NCBI GenBank assembly: GCA_964106915.2
Contig: OZ066921.1
Strand: one strand, 5' to 3'
Source: Podarcis gaigeae
Taxonomy: Eukaryota
Length of the DNA: 64,000 bases
The position numbers and the translations under genes were made by a program. Positions within the stretch are counted from its first letter, which is position 1, and each line of letters starts with the position of its first letter. The notes beneath the pieces are model-generated. The model was not told where the DNA came from, did not search any database, and saw only the letters and a program-made list of their open reading frames with translations. Of the stretch, positions 59,770-64,000 are shown piece by piece.

Positions 59770-62620
59770 AGGATGTAGGTTGAACATGGGTCAAGGTGGC
59801 TCTCAGCCTGAAAAAGGTTCGTCTCTCCTGGATTAAGCACTCTTGACAAAATAATTGAATATTGAGCTTTGATCAGGCCTTGTAGAACTCTCCTTACATC
59901 AGTTATAAAAACCCATATATGGTTTTTTGAGATTGACTATATGGTAGCTACAGTAACCCTTGGCAACAAGTAGTTGAAATGCAGTTGATGCTACTATGGC
60001 AACTTGTGACATGGAAGCAATCCTTGAAAGAAGTTGGTTCATTTCCAGAAATAAGTAACTGAGAGCCCAAAATGCCCCCAACAAAGAGGTGAAAGTCTCT
60101 CTACCTTGGGAACGTCAGAACAGCCTTCCAGCATCATGTCCATGCTTTTTCCTGGGGTCAGCTCCATCCTCAGTGGTTGAAGCTTAAAAAGCGGAAGTTC
60201 AGAGGACTTCTTCTTTGTGTTAGCACTAATGGGAGGGAGGGTGTTGCGCTGGCGGAATGGGGGGAAGCCTTCTGTCATCCAGTAGAGCTGATGCGTGCGG
60301 CGCCCGCGGTTAGTGATCTTGAAGCGATAGCAGCAGGAATCCAAGCTAGGAAAGGAGGGGCAGAGAGGGGCTAAATCTCAGGACAGCAAATAAGAATGGT
60401 CTTTACTATATATTGTGGAATATTTATTTAAGGGATTTAGATGCAACCCTTCAATATCAATATTTTCAGGGCAGCTGACAAGTTGAAGCAAACACCACAC
60501 AAAACAAGATTAAAAACTAGAGGTGTGCACTGCTCCCAATATTTTATGCTCCCAAGCATCCCAGTTTGTTTGAGAGTTGCTCTATGTTTTTCCAAGGACC
60601 AAACTAGTAAGATCTGTTGAAAAGAAAGTTTCTCTATAATGGGGAATCTAAAAACGGCTCAAAATTATTTTTCTTTTCATTGAAGTGAAATTAAGGGGTC
60701 CCTCCAGAGTAGATTACACCTATTACAGGTTGTATACTGATACATCCAGAAAGTTTTTGTTTTTAAAAGAAAAACTATTGTTTTCTACCAGAACTGGAAA
60801 CCATCTGCAGCTAAGGGGAAGAAGCACGCCAAATGTCAGAATAATAGGTGACATGTTTTCCTGTCAGAGAAGACTTTACCATTTTTTGAGTGGCTATGAT
60901 AGCAATCATTGTGGGGCAAAGGGTGAGGGTCCCAGAAAAGACAGGGGTATGTGAAATGTCCCCTCCCAAGGAAGGACTGTTACCCCAAGGATCACTGGTG
61001 AGGATAGGTTTGTGATTTCCAGCAGGATTTTTGGGGGATACAACCTCATCTCTCCGGGAGAGAATTTTCTCTCCATTGACTACCATGGGGGAAGGGGTGA
61101 TTGTGGAAACAACAGTATAGATGCATGTGAAAAATAACACCTTAAAATATTTACTTCAACATCCCTCTCACAGATCAGTGTTTAATCCCAGGCATCAGAA
61201 AATAAGAGGCTGGGATTAGTAGACCCGTCTGTCAAAATGAAAAAATCCCCCATCCCTCCACCACTGCTTCCCACTTCAACAGAAGGCATTTCCCTAATTA
61301 GCTTGATTTTGCTTTTTATAAAATGAAGCCATCACTCTAAGGGCACCCATATCCATAAAGCAACTTGTGATAATAGGAAGTCCCTAACCCAGCTCAATCC
61401 TGCTCATGTGAAAACCTCACCCAAATCACTCCTATTTGCCTCATAAAATAATTCAGAAAGCAACCCTCATAGAAACAAGAGGGAGAGAGCAGATAAAGCA
61501 GCATAATAATAAGACAGAGATGTCCTCAAGGATGAAAAGGCAGCAAGGTTTCCAGACACACCTCCTTGAGAAGAGCTTCCTACAGTGGTTTACCACCAGT
61601 GATAAAGCCTTTCCTTTGTCACCACCCATCTTACTTGACAGGATAAAGGTACCTGCAGAGTTACATCTAAAGTTTATCTCAGGGTATAGAGAGGTTCATG
61701 TTGCTGGAGGCAGTGCTCCACATAGCAAGCCATGAAGGACTTCAAAAGTAAGCATCAGTATTTTGAATTGTGCATGGAAATGGGTCCAAGAGTTGTTAAG
61801 TACTGGTGAATATTTTCCCACCACCTAGTCCAAGTTGAAAGCCTAGCAGTAATACTTGGAACTACTTGCAGTTTCCAAATAGTCTCCAAAAGCATCCCAA
61901 CACACAGTGCACTGCAGTGACATAATATAGGGCTGAGTACAAAGCCCAAGAAAGCATGTCATGCCAACTCCTAAGATTGTAAGTGCTTCTAGATCAACCT
62001 GGTCATCATGCCATGTTTACCTCAATGGCAGCTACAAAATGTGAGATTAGTCATTATTTCAAGTATATCTACAGATGTGAAGAGTTGTGCATACATTTTA
62101 GAGATGTTACCACCCATGCACTTTCCACAGTCAGTCATTTACAATGCATGCAGTGTAAGTGGGCACAGGACTGCCCAAGAATGAGTTATTTTTGCTTTCA
62201 CAAAATGGAATTTGCTCTATGGTACTGAAGTATACATTGCCTTTACTTGTAGGTTGCCAAGGCATCATGACAAGAGCTCAAGGTTTCCATTTGCTTGTAC
62301 TGCCCTATGAGAATTAAATGATTCATATCCTTTCATCCAAAAACAGAATACTATTTCCCACAAGCCACAAAGCCAGCCTACCTGAAGTGGGGTCCCAGGT
62401 CAATGGCTGGAGCAAAGGGTTTGTCTGTGACAATGGTGGTACCAATGCCAGTGGCCTGGATTGGGATGATGTAAGAATTGCTGTTCTCTATGCTCAGGTT
62501 AACTTTGTCCTGGAACAGCACGGTGTCATCCAGGTTAGCTATTAGCATTAGAGATATCTCATTCTCTGGAGGGACAATTCCTTTATTAGGCTCAATTCTC
62601 CACAGAGAATTACTTCGGGC
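376..62620 (-). CDS. HYDIN: HYDIN axonemal central pair apparatus protein, partial spliced CDS (52 internal exons, ~3150 aa, both ends outside window)
   Basis: All exons have GT-AG boundaries and phases chain without stops. Peptides match recalled vertebrate HYDIN motifs, e.g. DFGCILNDTE, AQLPEYILDFGYIILG, VKNPCSFPIEFYSLEFDQQYL, ARHLGIDISPEGRAARNRRGIAIIIHGAPLTGKS, VPDWDDRLHTVKWVD. Confidence 0.97.
664..748 (+). mobile_element. BovB (RTE) LINE 3' tail, heavily 5'-truncated
   Basis: gcctggcgtgctctggtccatggggtcacgaagagtcggacacgactaaacgactaaac(aac)n; 15-bp TSD accccacacatggca at 649-663 and 749-763. Confidence 0.9.
1458..1683 (-). CDS. HYDIN: HYDIN exon w51
   Basis: EVPSVAS...PFFMEPKCGTILP...QVKFCPQEVGEFEGRLLC(S); phase 1-2. 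Confidence 0.9.
2572..2696 (-). CDS. HYDIN: HYDIN exon w50
   Basis: VELSNTGNVRLEYTWNV...RAVNF...EGAT; phase 2-1. Confidence 0.9.
2971..3131 (-). CDS. HYDIN: HYDIN exon w49
   Basis: VIETDPEPAHTTVED...FKDTLLFQTRVY(D); phase 0-2. Confidence 0.94.
3202..3372 (-). mobile_element. CR1 LINE 3' UTR fragment
   Basis: taagaacgtaagaacagc...ggatcagg...catctaacccagcatcc resembles the reverse of a CR1-type 3' end. Confidence 0.6.
3949..4167 (-). CDS. HYDIN: HYDIN exon w48
   Basis: VGHLHSGCTKNITVTLKS...VPDWDDRLHTVKWVD...PTKKK; phase 0-0. Confidence 0.95.
4575..4717 (-). CDS. HYDIN: HYDIN exon w47
   Basis: PRIDCVQFGDCHIGRSY...RFEWP...FSPQ; phase 1-0. Confidence 0.94.
5020..5545 (+). mobile_element. L1 LINE 3' fragment (ORF2 C-terminus + 3' UTR), interrupted by a MITE
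   Basis: With the MITE removed it reads TAKRLILIHWNHKSMAPFNQW...YDIWKPFI, followed by an AT-rich UTR and aataaaaaa. Confidence 0.75.
5058..5234. mobile_element. hAT-type non-autonomous element (MITE)
   Basis: TIR tagtggcggag...ctccaccactg; exact 8-bp TSD ctggaacc at 5050-5057 and 5235-5242. Confidence 0.85.
5922..6173 (-). CDS. HYDIN: HYDIN exon w46
   Basis: RKPHTASLILHNGESAEFDVVF...DNQYEET...VGEGYQDD...NIAE; phase 1-1. Confidence 0.93.
6437..6548 (-). CDS. HYDIN: HYDIN exon w45
   Basis: LFLNISDENCAFTLKHRPTTKCIY...PSEG; phase 0-1. Confidence 0.9.
7611..7800 (-). CDS. HYDIN: HYDIN exon w44
   Basis: VVAKSRNLSFEVTGDGNLPQV...GNPLLLFRRLLLGH...ILVQ; phase 2-0. Confidence 0.94.
7899..8050 (-). 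CDS. HYDIN: HYDIN exon w43
   Basis: SSFRISDIFELQP...MQNYQCIFEAAVDAPP(S); phase 0-2. Confidence 0.93.
8152..8565 (-). mobile_element. L2 LINE 3' fragment with (TAA)n tail
   Basis: Minus strand encodes the L2 ORF2-end motif (AQFKV.VLTFKA.NGL.PVYLKE); shared lizard 3' UTR tttataccccg..catctggctggg. Confidence 0.8.
9200..9435 (-). CDS. HYDIN: HYDIN exon w42
   Basis: GFVMDDMGSIFEEHRIC...ENKFIFNNVLVG...ARFKI...SISSK; phase 1-0. Confidence 0.94.
9686..9890 (-). CDS. HYDIN: HYDIN exon w41
   Basis: ARFSLGIFTVSPGFGTIPPGGHQTITVDC...LLAESCVP; phase 0-1. Confidence 0.94.
10891..11011 (-). CDS. HYDIN: HYDIN exon w40
   Basis: PSHEKTSR...TESMQKDVTMVVQ; phase 2-0. Confidence 0.87.
11592..11830 (-). CDS. 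HYDIN: HYDIN exon w39
   Basis: VIEPNLCEGGEIIATIPIK...INFGP...FTIENKG...PLRK(G); phase 0-2. Confidence 0.94.
12436..12465. repeat. (AC)n microsatellite
   Basis: Read directly from sequence. Confidence 0.95.
12875..13043 (-). CDS. HYDIN: HYDIN exon w38
   Basis: FVVESTD...PQKGNL...EVKIEEKPILQCH; phase 2-0. Confidence 0.93.
14094..14193 (-). CDS. HYDIN: HYDIN exon w37
   Basis: GTNGGVELGNIKVMDEAKQVLSLKNKGKYEIGY(S); phase 1-2. Confidence 0.93.
14562..14661 (-). CDS. HYDIN: HYDIN exon w36
   Basis: VSDVENILGIVQIENIQIIAEAYDVALDISFPK; phase 0-1. Confidence 0.95.
15625..15823 (-). CDS. HYDIN: HYDIN exon w35
   Basis: KETKPLYLKNFTPLPVAWR...NIKKAIRLE; phase 2-0. Confidence 0.94.
16278..16450 (-). CDS. 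HYDIN: HYDIN exon w34
   Basis: ELTIWAYPT...CCIKENPEP...CQGVRPELEL...KLLLH(R); phase 0-2. Confidence 0.95.
16540..16699 (-). CDS. HYDIN: HYDIN exon w33
   Basis: YKALRYPNHYEKLTILNISP...DPPTMTLKPNEKQ; phase 2-0. Confidence 0.94.
17156..17275 (-). CDS. HYDIN: HYDIN exon w32
   Basis: IVFPHRVKSVK...FHFGPLLCGKSRE(K); phase 2-2. Confidence 0.94.
18273..18455 (-). CDS. HYDIN: HYDIN exon w31
   Basis: LTCFRWTVPANGEV...FDQVLNFEILGT...CQDP(T); phase 2-2. Confidence 0.95.
18700..18893 (-). CDS. HYDIN: HYDIN exon w30
   Basis: EEQTTPTRGKGKKEK...LSELDQ...EKLS(R); phase 0-2. Confidence 0.88.
19341..19396. repeat. (AAAG)n microsatellite
   Basis: Read directly from sequence. Confidence 0.95.
19565..19660. 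mobile_element. Short palindromic interspersed repeat (caatcct...agtaag...ttact...gattgca)
   Basis: Imperfect hairpin; the same family occurs at 59020-59485, where a SINE splits it. Confidence 0.5.
19935..20070. repeat. Degenerate inverted repeat / MITE-like hairpin
   Basis: ccccaccgctttcccccaggaaaacc ... ggttttctggggaaaagtggtgggg. Confidence 0.55.
20301..20516 (-). CDS. HYDIN: HYDIN exon w29
   Basis: ILNGLGLGPSGPPIPPTACFSVIPYPEKR...LPTVK; phase 0-0. Confidence 0.9.
21065..21706 (-). CDS. HYDIN: HYDIN exon w28 (642 nt, charged region)
   Basis: NAPVP...EKNLALRFKLY...ILTFWDR...QAPSGRKGRKDRERERQERLEKE...GKLPDIVQ; phase 0-0. Confidence 0.93.
22043..22405. mobile_element. Degraded hAT-like non-autonomous element
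   Basis: Ends tagggtttcccaaact...tgggggaaccactg resemble hAT/Charlie TIRs; TSD not recognisable. Confidence 0.45.
22431..22605 (-). CDS. HYDIN: HYDIN exon w27
   Basis: EQEKLARELEEKKHQQELERLREEEEMKRK...GGKQ; phase 2-0. Confidence 0.88.
22992..23054. repeat. Compound (GT)n(GA)n microsatellite
   Basis: Read directly from sequence. Confidence 0.95.
23606..23747 (-). CDS. HYDIN: HYDIN exon w26
   Basis: REQQEAIAREKVRLQEMDEEEYDALTEEQK...RERKK(R); phase 1-2. Confidence 0.9.
24499..24682 (-). CDS. HYDIN: HYDIN exon w25
   Basis: LSDCYRGMVFDGLDTLFA...KAREKAKQEQE; phase 0-1. Confidence 0.95.
25741..25878 (-). CDS. HYDIN: HYDIN exon w24
   Basis: IPSSPIPSAPIQRRLSL...SCVLPEELLVEILSERMQ; phase 0-0. Confidence 0.94.
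27065..27322 (-). mobile_element. tRNA-derived SINE with CR1-like tail (squamate type), carrying a small MITE insert
   Basis: Minus strand has a tRNA head gtggtagagcatatgcttggcatgcagaaggtc...ggttcaatcc; same family at 36002-36205. Confidence 0.6.
27337..27560 (-). CDS. HYDIN: HYDIN exon w23
   Basis: TEGQLTLPLNNRLSTEALGKH...QPGSQ; AAG acceptor; phase 1-0. Confidence 0.85.
28050..28290 (-). mobile_element. MIR/CORE-like SINE
   Basis: cacaacaaccctgcaaggtaggttaggctgagagat...gactggtccaaggtca core motif. Confidence 0.6.
28431..28604 (-). CDS. HYDIN: HYDIN exon w22
   Basis: GKSSAAITLAKHYSAACLSIDSVVLEAI...ARELCIRAA; phase 1-1. Confidence 0.95.
29312..29482 (-). CDS. HYDIN: HYDIN exon w21
   Basis: GGSQQSVIKNKEAVGELDNNPVSKAIARHLGID...IHGAPLT; phase 1-1. 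Confidence 0.93.
30345..30456. mobile_element. Penelope-like element fragment
   Basis: gtagtcgtgttggtctg...tagtagcaccttagagaccaactaagttt; homologous to 36431-36648. Confidence 0.65.
30603..30797 (-). CDS. HYDIN: HYDIN exon w20 (tandem acceptor; may start at 30794)
   Basis: (V)EEEENALISDH...ESKFDQEEEEEEEGTDRGQ; |gtgagt; phase 1-1. Confidence 0.8.
31395..31522. mobile_element. Palindromic MITE relic
   Basis: aatcctggggactgtaattt...aaactactattcccaggatt; related copy near 45030-45165. Confidence 0.5.
32077..32227 (-). CDS. HYDIN: HYDIN exon w19
   Basis: ILRMLKGYDTHNMLLLPPRIPGEKLP...NQEN; phase 0-1. Confidence 0.93.
32488..32727 (-). CDS. HYDIN: HYDIN exon w18
   Basis: KSYRHYLILSISQS...GQGLEPRLEF...FYSLEFDQQYLLEER; phase 0-0. 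Confidence 0.95.
32802..33119. mobile_element. hAT non-autonomous element with internal ~70-bp duplication, inserted in a CR1 fragment
   Basis: TIR caggggtaggcaacc...ggttgctgacccctg; flanks ctcgtc/cttgtc; repeated unit gtgtttttacatgagtagaatgtgt...gtggggc. Confidence 0.8.
33180..33307. other. Assembly gap (128 N)
   Basis: Run of N in intron w17-w18; flanking exons join in phase, so no exon needs to be hidden. Confidence 0.99.
34236..34385 (-). CDS. HYDIN: HYDIN exon w17
   Basis: VDKHMPMALRRK...GERLNVQVKFAPREE; phase 0-0. Confidence 0.94.
35096..35287 (-). CDS. HYDIN: HYDIN exon w16
   Basis: VLTGPTFNISLRA...QCGQCQVETIQLHNQLQVTCEWF...QIKK; phase 0-0. Confidence 0.93.
35354..35578. mobile_element. 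Tc1/mariner (pogo/Tigger-like) MITE
   Basis: TIR cagtggtacctc.gttta...taaaccgaggtaccactg flanked by a TA duplication. Confidence 0.88.
36002..36205 (-). mobile_element. tRNA-derived SINE with CR1-like tail
   Basis: Degenerate tRNA head (atagctgtgtggtagagcacttgcctggcatg) and tail ...cagtataaggcagctttctgtgttcct. Confidence 0.62.
36431..36648. mobile_element. Penelope-like retroelement insertion forming an inverted repeat
   Basis: Arms ~36432-36516 and 36521-36605 with loop atac; 13-bp TSD atcctagctgtga at 36418-36430 and 36649-36661. Confidence 0.8.
36836..36963 (-). CDS. HYDIN: HYDIN exon w15
   Basis: GFDTELDRVKNLPYCETETFGVRFDP...LPVK; phase 1-0. Confidence 0.93.
37794..37930 (-). CDS. HYDIN: HYDIN exon w14
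   Basis: AQLPEYILDFGYIILGTVRTHIIKITNTGQFPVSF; phase 2-1. Confidence 0.95.
38140..38495 (+). mobile_element. CR1 LINE 3' fragment
   Basis: Degenerate CR1 ORF2 end (FFT..IKIWNLLP.ETVMD.NLDGFQSGLDNFL) followed by a CR1-type UTR. Confidence 0.75.
38839..38972 (-). CDS. HYDIN: HYDIN exon w13
   Basis: LAMQVQLEVERLLVREHALEQQ...QRIRRRFV(K); phase 0-2. Confidence 0.9.
39223..39383 (+). mobile_element. L2 LINE 3' end with (AAT)n tail
   Basis: gctgcccagagtggctggggaaacccagccagatgggcagggtataaa(aat)n; flanked by ttccagtt on both sides. Confidence 0.8.
39488..39615 (-). CDS. HYDIN: HYDIN exon w12
   Basis: GNDRYSILLREVKERMEQ...EESNSV; phase 1-0; follows a 90-nt intron. Confidence 0.88.
39706..39883 (-). 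CDS. HYDIN: HYDIN exon w11
   Basis: SYIESGKEQVLKVYYLPGIPEVF...GEGIFPRICVDLPINVK; phase 0-1. Confidence 0.94.
40762..40820. repeat. (AAGG)n microsatellite
   Basis: Read directly from sequence. Confidence 0.95.
40996..41133 (-). CDS. HYDIN: HYDIN exon w10
   Basis: PFDQICVTEITLKNTGKVGFEY...PGVPLTLPVS; AAG acceptor; phase 0-0. Confidence 0.92.
41826..42068 (-). mobile_element. Sauria SINE, 5'-truncated
   Basis: (ACCTTT)n tail on minus strand; near-identical to the copy at 59077; 12-bp TSD ttgtggatcaaa. Confidence 0.9.
43018..43227 (-). CDS. HYDIN: HYDIN exon w9
   Basis: VFDIMPLYGMLEP...CEVEGGPTYEI...IDYGLQ; phase 0-0. Confidence 0.95.
44055..44174 (-). CDS. HYDIN: HYDIN exon w8
   Basis: SPLPAADHGEEEIPKK...HHLTGVEE; ttttctag|, |gtgagc; phase 0-0. 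Confidence 0.85.
44578..44686 (-). CDS. HYDIN: HYDIN exon w7 (divergent linker)
   Basis: EAATEENINYVSGEETVPKELPDTAESSPEAKAAAR; supplies the needed phase 2-0 bridge; acceptor is weak. Confidence 0.68.
45489..45599 (-). CDS. HYDIN: HYDIN exon w6 (divergent linker)
   Basis: FSPRDVTALPKKEAATEQEVPQPQETTSHNDTKDFE(R); tttcag|, |gtttgt; phase 2-2. Confidence 0.75.
52060..52190. mobile_element. Small palindromic MITE
   Basis: gggaacctttggccct...gcccaaaggttcccc with inner inverted gttgctgaacta/tagttcagcaac. Confidence 0.65.
52690..52735. repeat. 23-bp tandem duplication
   Basis: agccttggagttaaatgcagctt x2; a 15-bp duplication also lies at 52884-52913. Confidence 0.9.
52962..53028. repeat. (TTTC)n microsatellite
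   Basis: Read directly from sequence. Confidence 0.95.
53470..53517. repeat. (CT)n microsatellite
   Basis: Read directly from sequence. Confidence 0.95.
54170..54605 (+). mobile_element. L1 LINE 3' fragment
   Basis: HALMVAKRLILRNWKNKEMIPFNQW...IWNEFIQ, then a T-rich UTR and aataaaa. Confidence 0.75.
54754..55125 (+). mobile_element. Solo LTR (372 bp)
   Basis: TGTCAGG...CCTGACA termini, exact 5-bp TSD ATCAT, AATAAA about 70 bp from the 3' end. Confidence 0.85.
55287..55600 (-). CDS. HYDIN: HYDIN exon w5
   Basis: ALTMDVGEMHDLCIRFDP...FGCILNDTE...ETLI(R); phase 0-2. Confidence 0.95.
55819..55962 (-). CDS. HYDIN: HYDIN exon w4 (absent from ORF track)
   Basis: DPNDSLNPQYEPLTLKNVSSLPINVLLSLQEPFSLCDTD...PCQ; ccag|, |gtatga; phase 0-0. 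Confidence 0.92.
56234..56313. repeat. Compound (TTTA)n(TGTA)n(TTCA)n microsatellite
   Basis: Read directly from sequence; probably derived from a LINE tail. Confidence 0.9.
56562..56795 (-). mobile_element. L2 LINE 3' fragment nested in an older L2-like element (~56234-56880)
   Basis: Same 3' UTR as the 8152, 39223 and 63886 copies. Confidence 0.75.
56880..57500 (-). mobile_element. Degraded L1 ORF1-like fragment
   Basis: Frameshifted motifs DFQNKL..NLHLR..VEGEE and PPRDII. Confidence 0.45.
58040..58183 (-). CDS. HYDIN: HYDIN exon w3
   Basis: VVKERLLCHAIIGKQ...ICEFIAP...FQVEK; phase 0-0. Confidence 0.92.
58906..59020 (-). mobile_element. RTE-clade LINE 3' end with (GAA)n tail
   Basis: Minus strand encodes GSRIGLHSHL (RTE C-terminal motif) and ends in gaagaagaagaa. 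Confidence 0.7.
59077..59439 (-). mobile_element. Sauria SINE, full length
   Basis: tRNA head with A box and B box GGTTCGAATCC, (ACCTTT)n tail, 15-bp TSD attcagtgtggctta. Confidence 0.93.
59732..59767. repeat. (AC)n microsatellite
   Basis: Read directly from sequence. Confidence 0.95.
59953..60003. promoter_or_regulatory. Candidate RFX X-box pair (intronic)
   Basis: GTAACC-CTT-GGCAAC fits GTNRCC(N0-3)RGYAAC; GCTACTATGGCAAC is a near match. Confidence 0.35.
60105..60345 (-). CDS. HYDIN: HYDIN exon w2
   Basis: LDSCCYRFKITNRGRRTHQLYW...GCSDVPK; phase 2-0. Confidence 0.93.
61730..61950 (-). mobile_element. Old L2 ORF2 fragment
   Basis: Degenerate YCNALY.G/KLQ.VQN.AARL-type motif (HCSALCVG...KLQVV.SITARL). 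Confidence 0.55.
62382..62620 (-). CDS. HYDIN: HYDIN exon w1
   Basis: ARSNSLWRIEPNKG...APAIDLGPHF(S); tttcag|, |gtaggc; phase 0-2. Confidence 0.93.
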
Positions 62621-62687
62621 CTGAAACACAATCCAAAAGCCAGTCTTAGCCTCTATGTCTCACATGGCAAAGCATAAACTTATTTTT

Positions 62688-62742
<55 letters not shown>
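62688..62742. repeat. (GAAA)n microsatellite
   Basis: Read directly from sequence. Confidence 0.95.
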
Positions 62743-63884
62743 GCCATCAGATATACAGTAGTACTTAAAGCAGGAAACATTTTTCAAGAAATTGCACATA
62801 TGTAAACCCAGCTCAGAAGCCACCCAAAAGCATGTGCCCATGGCTGCAAACTAGTGAGCTCACTTAGCAGAATTTGTGTTCTGTAGAACAACGCATAGAC
62901 TGTGAAACCAAACAAATATTAAGCTATCTATTAAAATAATTAAATGAGGGTCACAACAGCACAAGCTTGGCACACATTTTAGAGACCTGGGGTGCTTTTC
63001 AAAAACTAGGAGGCTGTTAGAAGAGCTGAATTGTTATTGCATCAAGTAGAATTAATTCTCTTGATTCTCAGAACTTCAGACCATCAGAGCAAAGCCTCCC
63101 ATTCTGTAGGACAGGCAGGAAGGTAGAAAAATGTTACAACAGGAAACAGAAAAATCACACAGCAAACAGATTATTCAGACTTTTTAAATCAGTGTTTCTA
63201 TTTATTGGTCACTTTCCTGCAAAACATAAATCACAATCAATAAAATAAAAGTCAACTATAAAAATCATCCTACATCTCATTAACAGCAGCAAAATTCTAG
63301 ATGCAAAATCTTTGTATCTGCCCATCAACAGCATGGAAGGAAGGCTTTCCAATAAAGGGAAACCTTCACCTGACACCAAGATAAGGCCCACCAGAGCCCA
63401 GGAATTATTGTAGGTGGACACCACAATGAAGGTGGCCTTGCTTTTTCCTCACCCAGGCATGTAAAATGGGCCTTTTCTCTCCTTGTGAGCAGATCTCAAG
63501 GGATGGGGAAGAAATGTGCAGGAAAGTGTTTCAGCAAGAACAGCAGAGCCAAGCCATTTACAGGGCTTGAAAGGCAAATGCTAGAACTTTTAGTTCAGAA
63601 ACCATGTAGCTGAACTACAGTAGTGGACACGTTCTCTACATCTTGCTCTCACCAGCTGGGCAGGAACATTCTGCACTAGCTGCAGTTTCCATCTGCAGAC
63701 GCAGCGCCACAGAGAGCCCCACATGCTCATTGCTGCAAAAGCCCCACATGCCATTCAGGAAGACTGAAGCATGGAGTGACTCCCCCAACCTTGAGGCAGC
63801 TCAGGTGGGGAACTGCTTACAGAGATCCTGGAGGCAGCAGTGAGGCCCTGGCACTCAGTCAGGCCCTGAGCCACATGCAGAAGC

Positions 63885-63885
<1 letters not shown>

Positions 63886-63935
<50 letters not shown>

Positions 63936-64000
63936 TTATTTATACCCTGCCCATCCGGCTGGGTTTCCTCAGCCACTCTGGGCGGCCTCCAACAAAATAT
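63886..64000 (-). mobile_element. L2 LINE 3' end with (AAT)n tail, continues past window
   Basis: (aat)n ttatttataccctgcccatccggctgggtttcctcagccactctgggcggc. Confidence 0.78.

Noticed and set aside
1-64000. CRISPR arrays, operons or other prokaryotic/viral systems
   Set aside because: Spliced vertebrate gene; tandem repeats are simple microsatellites without spacers, and no viral ORFs were seen.
62621-64000. Next upstream HYDIN exon
   Set aside because: No matching peptide with splice sites found; it presumably lies beyond the window.

Overview
Vertebrate genomic DNA, most likely a squamate (probably lacertid) lizard, judged from its Sauria SINE, BovB, L2, CR1, L1 and Penelope repeats. The whole window lies inside one minus-strand gene, HYDIN (axonemal central-pair apparatus protein). 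I reconstructed 52 consecutive GT-AG internal coding exons by hand, from 62620 down to 376. They total 9461 nt (about 3150 codons) in one continuous frame with consistent phases. Start and stop codons lie outside the window. Exon numbers w1-w52 are window-relative, in transcript order. The encoded segment has repeated ASH/Ig-like modules, the adenylate-kinase-like P-loop (HGAPLTGKS) and a long E/K/R-rich charged region. Introns carry many transposon relics, several with intact target-site duplications (TSDs): a solo LTR, two Sauria SINEs, a BovB tail, a Penelope-like hairpin and hAT/Tc1-mariner MITEs. They also carry microsatellites and one 128-N gap. I found no evidence of a wholly novel system. 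The best leads are a candidate alternative terminal exon, a tandem NAG acceptor, an intronic RFX X-box cluster, a near-perfect intronic hairpin and divergent linker exons. Family assignments come from motif recognition, not database searches.
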